Virus record (IMG/VR): IMGVR_UViG_3300024303_004490
Reading direction: 5' to 3' (one strand)
DNA length: 64,000 nt
DNA from: an uncultured virus (IMG/VR IMGVR_UViG_3300024303_004490)
Lineage: Duplodnaviria; Heunggongvirae; Uroviricota; Caudoviricetes
Positions within the stretch are counted from its first letter, which is position 1; each line of letters opens with the position of its first letter. Shown here in pieces: positions 38,766 to 49,236 of the stretch. The translations under genes were made by a program, and so were the position numbers. The notes beneath the pieces were generated by a model that was not told where the DNA came from, ran no database searches, and saw only the letters and a program-made list of their open reading frames with translations.

Positions 38766-39125
38766 TCAGGAGTTGTGCCATCTGTCACCACGCTCTGCAT
38801 GAATTTTTGCGTGACAACTCTTACAAAGAGCTATGAGGTTATCTCGGCTGTGTGTTCCACCTTCTGACAACGGTTTCTTATGATGAACCTCTTGTGTCGG
38901 TACGAGTTTGCCATCAGCTTGACACCTCTCACACAGTGGGTGTTCTTCAACATACTTGTCTCTGATTCGTTTCCAGGCTCTACCATACCTACGACGTACA
39001 GCAGGGTCTCTGTCATACTTCTCGTAGCGTTTGGCTTCAGCCTTGGTGTGTTCTTCGCAAAACCTACCATCCGTAAGGTTAGGACATCCAGGATGAGAGC
39101 AAGGTCTCTTCGGTTTCTTTGGCAT
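38766..39125 (-). CDS. packaging-associated HNH endonuclease
   Basis: PLCERC..VHHKKPL..NLIALCKSCHAKIH; start reassigned to MPKKPK. Confidence 0.9.
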   Translation of the reverse strand: MPKKPKRPCSHPGCPNLTDGRFCEEHTKAEAKRYEKYDRDPAVRRRYGRAWKRIRDKYVEEHPLCERCQADGKLVPTQEVHHKKPLSEGGTHSRDNLIALCKSCHAKIHAERGDRWHNS

Positions 39126-39293
39126 TGGGTTCACCTTCTTTCCGGGCAAAACGAAAACCATCGAAAGTTGGTGTGAACTCTCGATGGCTTTCATTCGCAG
39201 TTTCAAACAGGGTACTAAAACAAAAACTTTAGAAAGGAACTAATAGTTTTATTTTCAAACTCCCTATTATAATAATAACATATGGTGGCAGTC

Positions 39294-39725
39294 TCATTCC
39301 ATCTCTTTTTCTCTCATTGCAAGGAGCTTATCAATTTCTGCTATTGCTTTATCGTGGAGTCGATGAATATGCTGTATACTGTAGTACATTTCTACAGCTA
39401 CTTGTTCCCAGGTTTTGTAGCAAACGTATCTTAGTTCAAGTAACATTTGCAACTCGGGTTCTTTAACAGCTCCGATTAATTTAATAATATCTCTTTTAAG
39501 GTCAACAAGCCTATCAATGTCATCATTGATACTGTGTTCAAGGTCAATGATTTTTACAATAGTATCTTCCATTCTTGACGAGCCACGGTTAGGATTTCGA
39601 GGCATATCAGAGTATGTGGCTGTACATTTAGTAGAAAGGTCGTTCAAGTTAGAAAGAGCTTCAAGCTTGCTGTTAATTCTTTGGTCGAGTTTATAGCCTT
39701 GATTTAAATATTCTCTTGCGTCCAT
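39294..39725 (-). CDS. RinA/ArpU-like late transcription activator
   Basis: LLELRYVCYKTWEQVAVEMYYSIQHIHRLH; upstream of HNH-terS. Confidence 0.8.
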   Translation of the reverse strand: MDAREYLNQGYKLDQRINSKLEALSNLNDLSTKCTATYSDMPRNPNRGSSRMEDTIVKIIDLEHSINDDIDRLVDLKRDIIKLIGAVKEPELQMLLELRYVCYKTWEQVAVEMYYSIQHIHRLHDKAIAEIDKLLAMREKEME

Positions 39726-39727
39726 AT

Positions 39728-41092
39728 TTATACCTCCAATGTCGCTTTTACTGCATCGATGAGAGCAGTTTGTATTTTTTCTTTTCGGTTTAAGGCTTTC
39801 ATAATATTTTCATCGATTGTGCCTTTTGTAATAATGTGGTGAATGACTACGGTTTTGTCTTTCTGCCCCTGTCTCCACAGGCGAGCGTTAGTCTGTTGGT
39901 AGAGTTCCAAGCTCCAAGTAAGACCGAACCATATCAAGGTTGAACCTCCGCTTTGTAAATTCAAGCCGTGTCCTGCAGATGCAGGATGTATGAGGGCAAC
40001 TGGAAGCTCACCTCTGTTCCAACGAATAATGCTATCGGAACTGTCCAAAAGAGAAAAAGGGATGTGCTTGGCTGACAGTCGTTCTTTTATTCTCTCAAGG
40101 TCGTGTTTGAACCAATAGGCTATGAGAACTGGTTTTCCGTTTGCGGCTTCAATAAGGTCTTCAAGGGCATCCAACTTTTTATCGTGAATGGCAAGAACCT
40201 TTTTACTTTCGTTGTACACGGCACCGTTAGCCATTTGGCAGAGTTTGTTTGAAAGCACTGCAGCCGTTGAAGCATCAATCTCTTCATCGCCAAGAGAAAC
40301 AACGAGTTCTCTCTTGAAAGTTTCGTATACTTTCTTTTCCTTTTCTGAAAGAGTAACTGACACTTCGTTCATAACACAATCGGGCATATTCAAGAAGTCC
40401 TTTGCCCTCATAGAAATCGTTATATCGGCTATTTGCTTATGTATGCTTTCTTCTGAACCGGGAAGAGGTTTGTACGAGAAAATCACCTGTCCATTTCTCT
40501 TATCCGGCTGAAAATAATTGTTGCGGTAATGGGTTATGAATTTACCGAGACGCTTTCCCATATCAAGCAGTCTGAACTCTGCCCATAAATCCATAAGTCC
40601 GTTACTGCTCGGTGTACCGGTTAAACCTACAATCCTTTTTATATGGGGTCTTACTTTCATAAGAGAACGGAAGCGTTTTGTTTGATATGATTTGAAGGAT
40701 GACAGCTCATCTATTACAACCATATCGTAATCAAAGGCAGTTCCGCTTTCTTCAATAAGCCACTGAACATTTTCTCGGTTTATGAGGTACACACTTGCTT
40801 TTTTATTGAGAGCTTCTTTTCTTTCAGCCTCTGTGCCTATTGCTACGGCATAGGTTAATCCTTTGAGGTGGTCCCACTTTTTTATTTCGGCAGCCCATGT
40901 ATCTCTTGCTACTCTTAAAGGCGCAATGACGAGTACTTTTGAAATTTCAAAGCGGTCAAAAAGCAGCTCATAAATTGCTGTTAAAGTTATCACCGTTTTA
41001 CCAAGTCCCATGTCGAGGAAGACAGCCGCTATAGGATTGTCCACAATGAACTGTGTTGCATAGGCTTGGTAGTTATGAGGCTTGTATTGCAT
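39728..41092 (-). CDS. SNF2-family helicase
   Basis: DMGLGKT; DELS; LTGTP; QTNARLWRQGQ. Confidence 0.92.
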   Translation of the reverse strand: MQYKPHNYQAYATQFIVDNPIAAVFLDMGLGKTVITLTAIYELLFDRFEISKVLVIAPLRVARDTWAAEIKKWDHLKGLTYAVAIGTEAERKEALNKKASVYLINRENVQWLIEESGTAFDYDMVVIDELSSFKSYQTKRFRSLMKVRPHIKRIVGLTGTPSSNGLMDLWAEFRLLDMGKRLGKFITHYRNNYFQPDKRNGQVIFSYKPLPGSEESIHKQIADITISMRAKDFLNMPDCVMNEVSVTLSEKEKKVYETFKRELVVSLGDEEIDASTAAVLSNKLCQMANGAVYNESKKVLAIHDKKLDALEDLIEAANGKPVLIAYWFKHDLERIKERLSAKHIPFSLLDSSDSIIRWNRGELPVALIHPASAGHGLNLQSGGSTLIWFGLTWSLELYQQTNARLWRQGQKDKTVVIHHIITKGTIDENIMKALNRKEKIQTALIDAVKATLEV

Positions 41093-41354
41093 TTATCGTC
41101 ACTCCAATCTGCTCGGCACTGTCTATGCAGTAAACTAAAAAGCCGAGTGATTCTAACTGTCTTTTTCGCTTTACTTGTAGAGGTCTCATTGTTTCACCAG
41201 GTGCTTTCAACTCAATAAAAGCTATCTTGCCCTTTGGGAGGAGTACCAGTCTGTCTGGCACTCCATTTAACCCTGGGCATATAAACTTAAGAGCGAGACC
41301 ACCTTTGGCTTTGACAGCCTTTACAAGTTTTGCTTCGATGGTTTTTTCTCTCAT
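41073..41354 (-). CDS. VRR-NUC nuclease
   Basis: GVPDRL..FIELKAP..LQ; start reassigned to MREKTIE. Confidence 0.88.
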   Translation of the reverse strand: MREKTIEAKLVKAVKAKGGLALKFICPGLNGVPDRLVLLPKGKIAFIELKAPGETMRPLQVKRKRQLESLGFLVYCIDSAEQIGVTINAIQAS

Positions 41355-41586
41355 AAAACCTCCGTGTTTCTCATTGCTGTTGCCCTTGGTGTTTAAAACA
41401 TTTTGTGTATATATGCCTATACGCATTGCCTATGTGTCCTTTTTTCTATACTTATAAACTTTAAGTAGTTAATGGGAAACATAGGCAACAAAGCAGACAA
41501 CTTGCCTAACGGTGTACCCTTGGAGTGTTTACCATTGCCGTTGACAACACCCCTTTAAGGCAACAAATGGAAACGGATTAGATTTG

Positions 41587-43950
41587 TTACTGTTGCTCAT
41601 CGGCAACACGCATATATGTTTTCTGAACCCCATATCCGGGAACTCTTGTTTTACCCGTACCGTTGCCATCGTAGCGTTTCCAACTACCGAGTTTAAAAAG
41701 AATGCCTTCAATTTCATAGGAGTCAGATTTCTTGATATTTTCACGTGGCTTACCGAAACACTCGCACCAAATCTCCATAACGCATACACGGGTGCGTTTA
41801 ATACTGCCTTCAGCTTTTGATTCACCGAAGTCGGAGCCCTCAAGATAAGAACGGCGCTGGTAAAGGTCGAGGGAATCCCAGTTTTCAGGCAATAAACGGT
41901 CAAGATACTCCTGTACGATACCTTCACGGTCATCAGTTTCCATAGCATCTCTCTGCTGAATATATGCCTCTGCTGCAATTTCATCTTTAAGGAAGAGTTC
42001 TTCACCATCGTTGTAATACTGAAGAGCTTCTGCCCAAATCTGATCTACATCGTTAAGTTCCCAAGGCTTGTGTTTGGAATTACCTGTAACTTTGAGTGGC
42101 CAGAAACGACGATTTCCGCTGATATCACGGAGAAATCCGCCATCACTGTTAGTCGTACCAACGATGACACAAGACCTGGGATGGCTTTCAACTGTTGTGC
42201 CGTAAGCCTGGCGGTATTTATCATCAAGGCGTGTAACAAATGATTTAACAACCTCCACATCCATTTTCTTCATACCATTAAGTTCACTGATTTCAAGTAT
42301 CCAGTAACCTTGGAGTTTTTCTGGTGCAGTTTTATCTTTCATGTCAGAAATGGAAAGGGAGTCTGAAAACCACTTCTTGCCGAGCCTTGCGAAAAAGGTA
42401 CTCTTGCCTATACCCTGACCGCCGACAAGAACGAGTATGGAGTCGAATTTTATACCAGGCTGATAAATACGGGCTACAGCTGCAACAAGCGTTTTTCTCG
42501 TTACAGCCCTCACATAGGGTGTATCGGCTGCACCAAGATAATCTATAAGCAAAGTATCAAGTCTGCGTACACCATCCCATTTAAGCGTTGAAAAATACTC
42601 TTTTATAGGGTGATAGAGTCGCTCTGCTGAAGTTACTGCCAGCAGAGCATCTTTGAATTTTGTGGGAGACCACACGCCATAGGTGCGTTCAAAGTAGAGC
42701 TTTGCACAAGCGAGGTCGGTGTCATTCCAACCTGGTTTCACCTGATGCCACGGCAAAGGAGAAATAACATCAATTGTACTTTTGAACTGATTGAATACGA
42801 TGCCCTTAAGATTTGTATCGTGACGAAGAATTGTGCAGATATTACTCATAGTATCTTTGACGTTACCGAACTTATCGAGAGTGAGCTGTGCCTGCCAATC
42901 CTCATCGGAAAACTCTTCTTGAGCCTGCTCTTTTCTTTCCTCTGCAAACACCATTTTTACACGGCTATCATCAAGAGCTATTTCGCACATAGCCTTATAT
43001 GAGGGCAGTTTTGTAACGGGTGCATCGAGAGGTGCATTTTCATCACTGCTACCAAAAAGGTGTAAACGAACCAAGTCAAAGGCGTTCAAGAGTTTTCCGC
43101 ATACAGGGTCAGTAGCATGATGGCTGTATGCGAACTTGTTATCATAAACTACAAGTCCCGCACTGCTGTCCGCGGGTATGTAATCATATCTTCCTTGCAT
43201 TGCCGAGGGTTCGTAAATTTCTGCAAGGTAGGTGTCAATGGCGTCTTCAATCGTATAAGCACGGCAAAATGCTCCGACAATACCTGGTTTTGAGAGAGGG
43301 TCTTGCTGTTCAGAAATGGTGCGTTTCATTGCCGCTGACTGTCTTGAAGATACAGGCCAGGTTGAAGCATCGTGCCAATCGGCATATCTGTTAAGGTAAG
43401 CATCGGGGTCGAGCAGTTCACCGTCACGGCTGTCAAAGAAGAAGTCACCGTTAATCGAGGTTGAAGGCCAATACATAAGACGACAGGCTTCGTATGTGGT
43501 ATCATCGAAAAGGTCTATGCCGATGTCTTTTGCAACCATTCTTGCAACTGCAGGATACTCCTCTTCGGATATATCGCGGGACAGCGGAATAACAAGACGG
43601 AGTCGAGGCTGTTCGGGTGTGTGTTTATGTGTGGAATAGACGCAACATCTGAAGGTGAAGAGCATCAGAATTTTCTGCCAAGTATCGGGAAGTGCGTAGT
43701 CCATGTCAAGAGTCAACGCACTACGGCTGTTAACCATTCCGTTCTTTCTTCTGCCTTCCTTAAGTTCGCCCGCAACGAAACCACCACAGTCTTTAATATC
43801 AGCCTGTGCAGCTCTGCCCATTTTTCGATACTCCTCGACAGTTTCGGGCGTGCGTTTCGTTTGGCTTAATAAGGCAAGGAGGTCTTCCCAGTTGATTTCT
43901 TTATTCTTAAGTTTCTTTTCGAGCCTTTTACCGGCTACAGCGATTTTCAT
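41587..43950 (-). CDS. primase/helicase with VapE domain
   Basis: LTLDMD and YSTHKH primase motifs; GGQGIGKST Walker A; GNRRFWP. Confidence 0.9.
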   Translation of the reverse strand: MKIAVAGKRLEKKLKNKEINWEDLLALLSQTKRTPETVEEYRKMGRAAQADIKDCGGFVAGELKEGRRKNGMVNSRSALTLDMDYALPDTWQKILMLFTFRCCVYSTHKHTPEQPRLRLVIPLSRDISEEEYPAVARMVAKDIGIDLFDDTTYEACRLMYWPSTSINGDFFFDSRDGELLDPDAYLNRYADWHDASTWPVSSRQSAAMKRTISEQQDPLSKPGIVGAFCRAYTIEDAIDTYLAEIYEPSAMQGRYDYIPADSSAGLVVYDNKFAYSHHATDPVCGKLLNAFDLVRLHLFGSSDENAPLDAPVTKLPSYKAMCEIALDDSRVKMVFAEERKEQAQEEFSDEDWQAQLTLDKFGNVKDTMSNICTILRHDTNLKGIVFNQFKSTIDVISPLPWHQVKPGWNDTDLACAKLYFERTYGVWSPTKFKDALLAVTSAERLYHPIKEYFSTLKWDGVRRLDTLLIDYLGAADTPYVRAVTRKTLVAAVARIYQPGIKFDSILVLVGGQGIGKSTFFARLGKKWFSDSLSISDMKDKTAPEKLQGYWILEISELNGMKKMDVEVVKSFVTRLDDKYRQAYGTTVESHPRSCVIVGTTNSDGGFLRDISGNRRFWPLKVTGNSKHKPWELNDVDQIWAEALQYYNDGEELFLKDEIAAEAYIQQRDAMETDDREGIVQEYLDRLLPENWDSLDLYQRRSYLEGSDFGESKAEGSIKRTRVCVMEIWCECFGKPRENIKKSDSYEIEGILFKLGSWKRYDGNGTGKTRVPGYGVQKTYMRVADEQQ

Positions 43951-44294
43951 CTTTTTTTCACCTCACAGTTGTTATTAAAATAGCGAATAGGAATATTCGT
44001 TTCTTTTGCGTGTTTCATTTCAATGCTCATTCCGTTAGAAATTCTGTCACCGAACACCCAAAGTTCAGAGCAAAGAGAAAGGAGGGAAATATCCATCTCC
44101 ATAGCTGTTCTTCTTTCCTCTATATCGTCATCATCCATAAACTGCGGAAATAACAGATGCGGTGCAATTGGTGTGTAGCCTTTTTTTACAGCAAAACGGC
44201 TGTAACGGCGAGCATTGGTTAAGTTCATTTCAACCTCTCCTGAAAAGGGAGAGCAAATATATACAAGGGGTCTTTCTTTTTTCATAAATATCAA
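43947..44294 (-). CDS. DUF4406-like (nucleoside deoxyribosyltransferase-fold) protein
   Basis: VYICSPF..PIAPHL..CSELWVFG..SNGMSIE. Confidence 0.7.
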   Translation of the reverse strand: MIFMKKERPLVYICSPFSGEVEMNLTNARRYSRFAVKKGYTPIAPHLLFPQFMDDDDIEERRTAMEMDISLLSLCSELWVFGDRISNGMSIEMKHAKETNIPIRYFNNNCEVKKR

Positions 44295-46231
44295 TCCTTT
44301 TTATAGAAGTCACAGACATATCCGTCTGCGCGAAGGAGGAGTCCTTTTGCCCATTCTGGGGTTTGTCCCATAACGGAACAAATATCTTCAAGAGATGCAT
44401 CTTTCGGTGCTTCAATGACGGCTTCATCGTGAACATGCATTACGATGTTATATCCGTGGTCATTCAGCCTTATCATTGATTCAGCAAGTATGTCACGGGC
44501 TGTGCCTTGTACGATGTTTTCTACGAGCTTAGGTCCGTAACTTTCAAGTCTGCACCACTTCTTCTGTTCACCGATGCCCTCATAGGTGATGCTTTCACTC
44601 CCGAAAATGTTAGTACCAAGTTTCGGCTTTACATAGCAGAGATTTCTGCCAGATGGTAAGGTTACAAAAAGGATGCCACTTTGGTAGGTAAAGACAACTC
44701 CATGGGTCCTGGTTGTCTTTTTTGTAGAGATACACTCCTTTGCTGCCCGGTCAACATCCCACCACATCTTTACAATATGAGGGTTGGAGTTGCGCCAAGC
44801 TGTTACCAGGGGCTGCAGCTCTTCTTCTTTCAAACCCATATTTAACGCTCCCATAGCCTTCAATGCTCCTACGGAGCCACCATAACCAAGAGCAAGTTCA
44901 GCAATCTTACCTTTCTGTCGGAGATGCCCATTAATGCCATTCTTCTGAACAGGAACATTAAACATCTCGGACGCTGAAGCACAGTAAATATCACCGCCTT
45001 CAGCAAATACATTCTGTCGCCAGTCTTCACCTGCCATCCAAGCAATTACACGCGCCTCTATAGCAGAGAAGTCAGCAACGAAGAAACGGTTGTTTCTTTT
45101 TGGAATAAAGGCTGTACGAATAAGTTCTGACAACACATTAGGTACCGAAGGAAACAGCAGTTCAACCATATCGAAGTTATCACTACGAACAAGCTCTCTT
45201 GCCAGTTCCAGATCTGGCAGATGGTTCTGTGGTAAGTTCTGTACTTGAACCAATCTACCCGCGTATCTGCCGGTCCGATTTGCACCATAAAACTGAATTA
45301 AGCCTCTTGCTCTGTTGTCAGAACATACAACCGTTTCCATAGCAACGAACTTTTTCACAGAACTTTTTGCAAGTTCCTGGCGCAAGGTAAGGGCATCTTT
45401 TACATCACCCTCGCTTTCATCTATCAAGTCTTTAACCGCTGCTTTCGAGAGGGATTCAACCTCTACGCCTTGTTCTGAAAGCCAATCCTTAAGTTGTGTT
45501 GGAGAGTTTGGGTTTTCAAGGTTTGTCAACAGTCGAGCTTTTTGCATATGTGTGTCTCTGAACTGCTCGTCACAGTCAATGGCTCGCCGCACAAAATGAA
45601 TATCAATCATAATGCCCCTGTCGTTAATTTTCTGGTCGAGGTGGTAATTTACCCATTCGCTGTCACTAACAGGAAATTTATGAAGCTTCTCATGAATGCC
45701 GATTTCAGTCTCAACATCACGCTTGTTGTATGCTTTGAATAAATTCCATTTATCGGGGGCATCACTGTAATAATGCCGCTTATATGTTCCGTCTTTTTGT
45801 TTTACTGGTGTGCAGAAATATCGGATGAGGTCTTTGCCTTCTTTGAGTTTCTGCTTTTCAAGACCTAAAACTGCACCTACAGTTTCAAGTGATAAAGGTA
45901 AGCCTAATGTTGCACCCCAAACCATAGTGCAGTACCAGGAAGAGGGGTCAAGATAAATACCCGTGGGGAGTCCGAGATGCTTTGAGAGACATACACGCTC
46001 AAACTGTGCATTGAACGCCCACTTGCGAACATTAGGATCGGTAAGAGCTGTTATAACAGCCGTCGGTATTTGTTCGCCCATAGCAAGGTCAACGACCTCT
46101 ACGGGAGCGGAGTCAATAGAGTAACCAAAAAGCAAAACTTCGAAGTCGGCAGAGTCGACATACTTATAAACACCGCTTTTTGTAAGGTTAACTGAAGAGT
46201 AGGTTTCAAGGTCGATGTAAATATCGTTCAT
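44291..46231 (-). CDS. phage DNA polymerase, family A
   Basis: IDLETYS exonuclease motif; DFSAIEAR; RQKGKIAELALGYGG; HVHDE. Confidence 0.93.
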   Translation of the reverse strand: MNDIYIDLETYSSVNLTKSGVYKYVDSADFEVLLFGYSIDSAPVEVVDLAMGEQIPTAVITALTDPNVRKWAFNAQFERVCLSKHLGLPTGIYLDPSSWYCTMVWGATLGLPLSLETVGAVLGLEKQKLKEGKDLIRYFCTPVKQKDGTYKRHYYSDAPDKWNLFKAYNKRDVETEIGIHEKLHKFPVSDSEWVNYHLDQKINDRGIMIDIHFVRRAIDCDEQFRDTHMQKARLLTNLENPNSPTQLKDWLSEQGVEVESLSKAAVKDLIDESEGDVKDALTLRQELAKSSVKKFVAMETVVCSDNRARGLIQFYGANRTGRYAGRLVQVQNLPQNHLPDLELARELVRSDNFDMVELLFPSVPNVLSELIRTAFIPKRNNRFFVADFSAIEARVIAWMAGEDWRQNVFAEGGDIYCASASEMFNVPVQKNGINGHLRQKGKIAELALGYGGSVGALKAMGALNMGLKEEELQPLVTAWRNSNPHIVKMWWDVDRAAKECISTKKTTRTHGVVFTYQSGILFVTLPSGRNLCYVKPKLGTNIFGSESITYEGIGEQKKWCRLESYGPKLVENIVQGTARDILAESMIRLNDHGYNIVMHVHDEAVIEAPKDASLEDICSVMGQTPEWAKGLLLRADGYVCDFYKKD

Positions 46232-46296
46232 AACAACATCCTTTCAAGTGGGTGTAGGGCAGCAGAGGTTTCCCTCCGCCACCCAACGATTTATAT

Positions 46297-46848
46297 TTAT
46301 GAAAGGAAGTCTTCTGTATCATCAGCTGTGAAATCCTGTGCAGCAGTTGTTTTGCCACCAAGATGCTCACCGTCACGAACCTTCTGAATGTTGCCGAGAC
46401 CACAAGCAATACCCTTATTACCATTGCTGTTGAATGCATAGAAGTTAAGGCTTACACGAACATAGCAACCGGAATAAACTTCACTGCGGTCAAGAATAGG
46501 CTGTACTGAACGGTCAACAATCTGGGGAGGAGTTGTGCTGTTAGCGTTTACGAAATAAGCATTCTTGTATGCTTCATCATCACGCTCGGTGTCGCCATCA
46601 CGAAGAGGAAGTTTAAGAGCGCCATCGGGAGGAATTTTACCTCCGAACTTACCGATGCCGAGCTGCTTTGCAGCTTCAACGGCGGCTCTGATTTTTTCGA
46701 TGGTTTCGGTATCTTTCTTGTCGATGATGAAAGATGCACCGTATTTGGGGGTGCCTCCATTAACGGACTGCGGTTCCCACACATGTTCATAAGAGATACG
46801 AACGGGACCAGTTACTACTTTTGTTGATATGATTTTCTTATTAGTCAT
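46297..46848 (-). CDS. DUF2815 ssDNA-binding protein
   Basis: LPLRDGD; VYSGCY; GLGNIQK; acidic tail. Confidence 0.85.
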   Translation of the reverse strand: MTNKKIISTKVVTGPVRISYEHVWEPQSVNGGTPKYGASFIIDKKDTETIEKIRAAVEAAKQLGIGKFGGKIPPDGALKLPLRDGDTERDDEAYKNAYFVNANSTTPPQIVDRSVQPILDRSEVYSGCYVRVSLNFYAFNSNGNKGIACGLGNIQKVRDGEHLGGKTTAAQDFTADDTEDFLS

Positions 46849-47992
46849 TATTAATTACCTCGATTTCTGTAAAGTCATTTTTAGCATCTGTAGTCATTAT
46901 TTCAGGGCGCTTGTCCGATACTGAAACAAGCGTTGGTTTGCCTTGGGGTTTATGTACCAACGAACCAAGGATTTCTTTGAACGTGGTTTTTCCCATGAGC
47001 TTTTCCATCTCCGTTATCGAGATGAGGCTCTTCTTGTAAATGTCACGATATCCAGCGGCATAGGCTTTTTCAGCAACAGCCTCTTCATCGGTATATTTCC
47101 TTACGGAACGGCTTTCAACGAGCTTGAATCCATTCCACCTTTTGCCGTGATTAATAGCTGCATCCTGGGCATAAGCCTGAATTTCGTTTGCCCACTTGGT
47201 GAGGTCGTCAAGGTGAAGAAGAATATCTTCAATCTCCTCATCTGAAAGAAGAGGTGGGAGTTTAAATTCATACTCTGCAAGCTTCATTTTTGCTTCAGCC
47301 CTTGCACGACATTTAACAGCAGCTTTACAAAAAGTGCAGTGAGAACCAGGAATGAATTCTCCTTCTCCTTTTGCCGCCAAAGCTGCTCTTGGAATAAGGA
47401 ACTCCTCTGCCCAAGACATCAAGTCATCGTATGTGATAGTCCAGGTTGAGATATTCTCTCTTCGCGGCTGATAAATGCTCATAGATACATTCTCAATTTC
47501 ATAAAGGTGGTCATACATCTTTATGGCTCCCAGTGCATAAAGCATCATCTGAGGATTATTAACAGCATCTACGAGAACACCTTGTCCGTACTTGAAGTCG
47601 ATAATATGAACCAGGTTATCGGCTATAATAACGCAGTCACCTGTACCGAACCCTTCAGGAACGAAACAGGAGTAGTCAAGTTTCTGTTCAATGAGGATAA
47701 GGGGGTCAGCACTTTTTTCTTTGGCTTCTGCAATCTTCTCAAGTACGAATTCCACATAGCCGTCGGTGTACATATCCATTTCATCGGAGTCGTACTGTGA
47801 TGTCGGTTTTCGGGAACGCATCTTAAGTGCCTTGCGAAGTTTGTGTTCACATAAAGCGTGTGCAGCTGTTCCTTCGGCTGCCGCTTCACTTTCTCGGTCA
47901 TCAAACTCTCTTTCAAGAACAGCTGATGGTGTGCAATTCAGCCATCTGTGAGAAGATGATGCACCGAGCAAGGCGTGTTTATTTGGGGGCAT
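46841..47992 (-). CDS. DUF2800 PD-(D/E)xK (Cas4-like) nuclease
   Basis: EGTAAH; GTGD..IDFKYG; HCTFC..C; start reassigned to MPPNKH. Confidence 0.85.
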   Translation of the reverse strand: MPPNKHALLGASSSHRWLNCTPSAVLEREFDDRESEAAAEGTAAHALCEHKLRKALKMRSRKPTSQYDSDEMDMYTDGYVEFVLEKIAEAKEKSADPLILIEQKLDYSCFVPEGFGTGDCVIIADNLVHIIDFKYGQGVLVDAVNNPQMMLYALGAIKMYDHLYEIENVSMSIYQPRRENISTWTITYDDLMSWAEEFLIPRAALAAKGEGEFIPGSHCTFCKAAVKCRARAEAKMKLAEYEFKLPPLLSDEEIEDILLHLDDLTKWANEIQAYAQDAAINHGKRWNGFKLVESRSVRKYTDEEAVAEKAYAAGYRDIYKKSLISITEMEKLMGKTTFKEILGSLVHKPQGKPTLVSVSDKRPEIMTTDAKNDFTEIEVINND

Positions 47993-48344
47993 CTGTGAGC
48001 TCCTTCGCTTTAGAAATAAGGTCTTCGAAACTTGCAATGTCGACCTTGCTTAAATTCTGCACACCGTAGGAGCGAATAAGTTCTTGAGCTTCAGCTGTAA
48101 CCTTTGTTCCGAGAATTGCCCTTGCTTCAAGAATCAACTTCTCTTTTTTCTTTTTAAGGTCCTCATCGGTTTCAACTTTCACAGATTCTGTAGGTTCTTC
48201 TTTGATGTTTTCATCACAAGGGGGAGTAGCAATAACTGCGTCCACATAAGCCATTAAACTGTCCGAAAGTTTACGAAGGTTCAGAGCTACATCAAGAAGG
48301 AGTTTGTCCTTATCCATCACACACACCTCCTTCCTTAACTTCAC
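47979..48344 (-). CDS. phage hypothetical protein
   Basis: operon position; start uncertain. Confidence 0.6.
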   Translation of the reverse strand: MKLRKEVCVMDKDKLLLDVALNLRKLSDSLMAYVDAVIATPPCDENIKEEPTESVKVETDEDLKKKKEKLILEARAILGTKVTAEAQELIRSYGVQNLSKVDIASFEDLISKAKELTDAPK

Positions 48345-48510
48345 TGATTGACAGCTTTGATACGCTGTCGCCCGGTACGAGAATTGTTACTTTTCTGCAG
48401 TCACCGAGTAGGAAGCGAAGAATACGTTCACGCATCTTTATGGTTTTACAGAAGACAATGCTGTCCGGGGTTGGCTTTTTGGAAACATTGATTTTAAGAT
48501 TATGTTCCAT
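48310..48510 (-). CDS. small phage protein
   Basis: 66 aa, first gene after promoter repeat B. Confidence 0.65.
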   Translation of the reverse strand: MEHNLKINVSKKPTPDSIVFCKTIKMRERILRFLLGDCRKVTILVPGDSVSKLSISEVKEGGVCDG

Positions 48511-48549
48511 AGCTTTCAGTCCTTTCCGAGAGGTGGTTATGTAGTCCTC

Positions 48550-48614
48550 TCACCATATGGAGAAAAAGGGGCATTTTGTCAGGGTGTTTTTAGGCTTTTT
48601 TCAGAAATTTTTTA
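48550..48614 (-). promoter_or_regulatory. repeat copy B of a putative phage-sigma promoter
   Basis: ungapped near-identity to 5262-5326. Confidence 0.7.
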
Positions 48615-49070
48615 AAAAAATTTTTTAAATCTTTTTTTCGCAGCCTCAATTGACTCGTGAACAGACTGAAATGAGACTCCTTCTGTTTCAGCAATTTCCC
48701 TTAATGTCTTTCCCTCGGCAAGCTGTAAAAGGCGTCTCTGCTGAACCTCGGATAATTTTGAAAATGCATACTCGGTTCGTTTGCTTCGCTCTTCTACTTC
48801 AGCTTGTTTTTTTGCGGCTATTTCTCTTTTTTCATCTTCCGATGTTATGTAGAAATCCACTGTGTGGTCAGCATATGCCATGCCCTCATACTTAGCTTCA
48901 TCCGTTGAAACCGGGCAGTAGTATTTGTGGCGATGGTCACTCGCATCTTCTTTCTTGCGACTTTCCTTAATGCTGATGCCTATGTCATCTTCAACCTCTA
49001 CGGCTGTTCTTTTAATTTCGTAAGTACCTGTCTTTTCGTTGAATGCGTTATATCTGTATTCGATAATCAT
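48612..49070 (-). CDS. sigma-70 region-4 HTH protein (sigma-like activator)
   Basis: LSEVQQRRL..EGKTLREIAETEGVSFQSVHESI; start reassigned to MIIEYR (AAAGGAG RBS). Confidence 0.8.
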   Translation of the reverse strand: MIIEYRYNAFNEKTGTYEIKRTAVEVEDDIGISIKESRKKEDASDHRHKYYCPVSTDEAKYEGMAYADHTVDFYITSEDEKREIAAKKQAEVEERSKRTEYAFSKLSEVQQRRLLQLAEGKTLREIAETEGVSFQSVHESIEAAKKRFKKFF

Positions 49071-49236
49071 AAAAATTGCTCCTTTGGATTTTTCTTGAAA
49101 TCCGCCAGAGCCGCCGAAGATGTCCACCAAAAAGAAAAAGACGGCAGTGTGTGACACACTGATACCTATAATCGGTATTGATATGTCACTGCACGGCCGT
49201 CTTGCGTTCTGGCAGATAACTTTTAATATTCTGTTT

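Noticed and set aside
46841..47992. Cas4-like nuclease as CRISPR evidence
   Set aside because: It sits in the standard DUF2800-DUF2815-PolA phage replication module, and no array was seen.
5262..48614. The two 65-bp direct repeats as attL/attR
   Set aside because: They would exclude the recombinases and early regulators, both sit directly upstream of an RBS, and serine integrase att sites do not normally share long identity.
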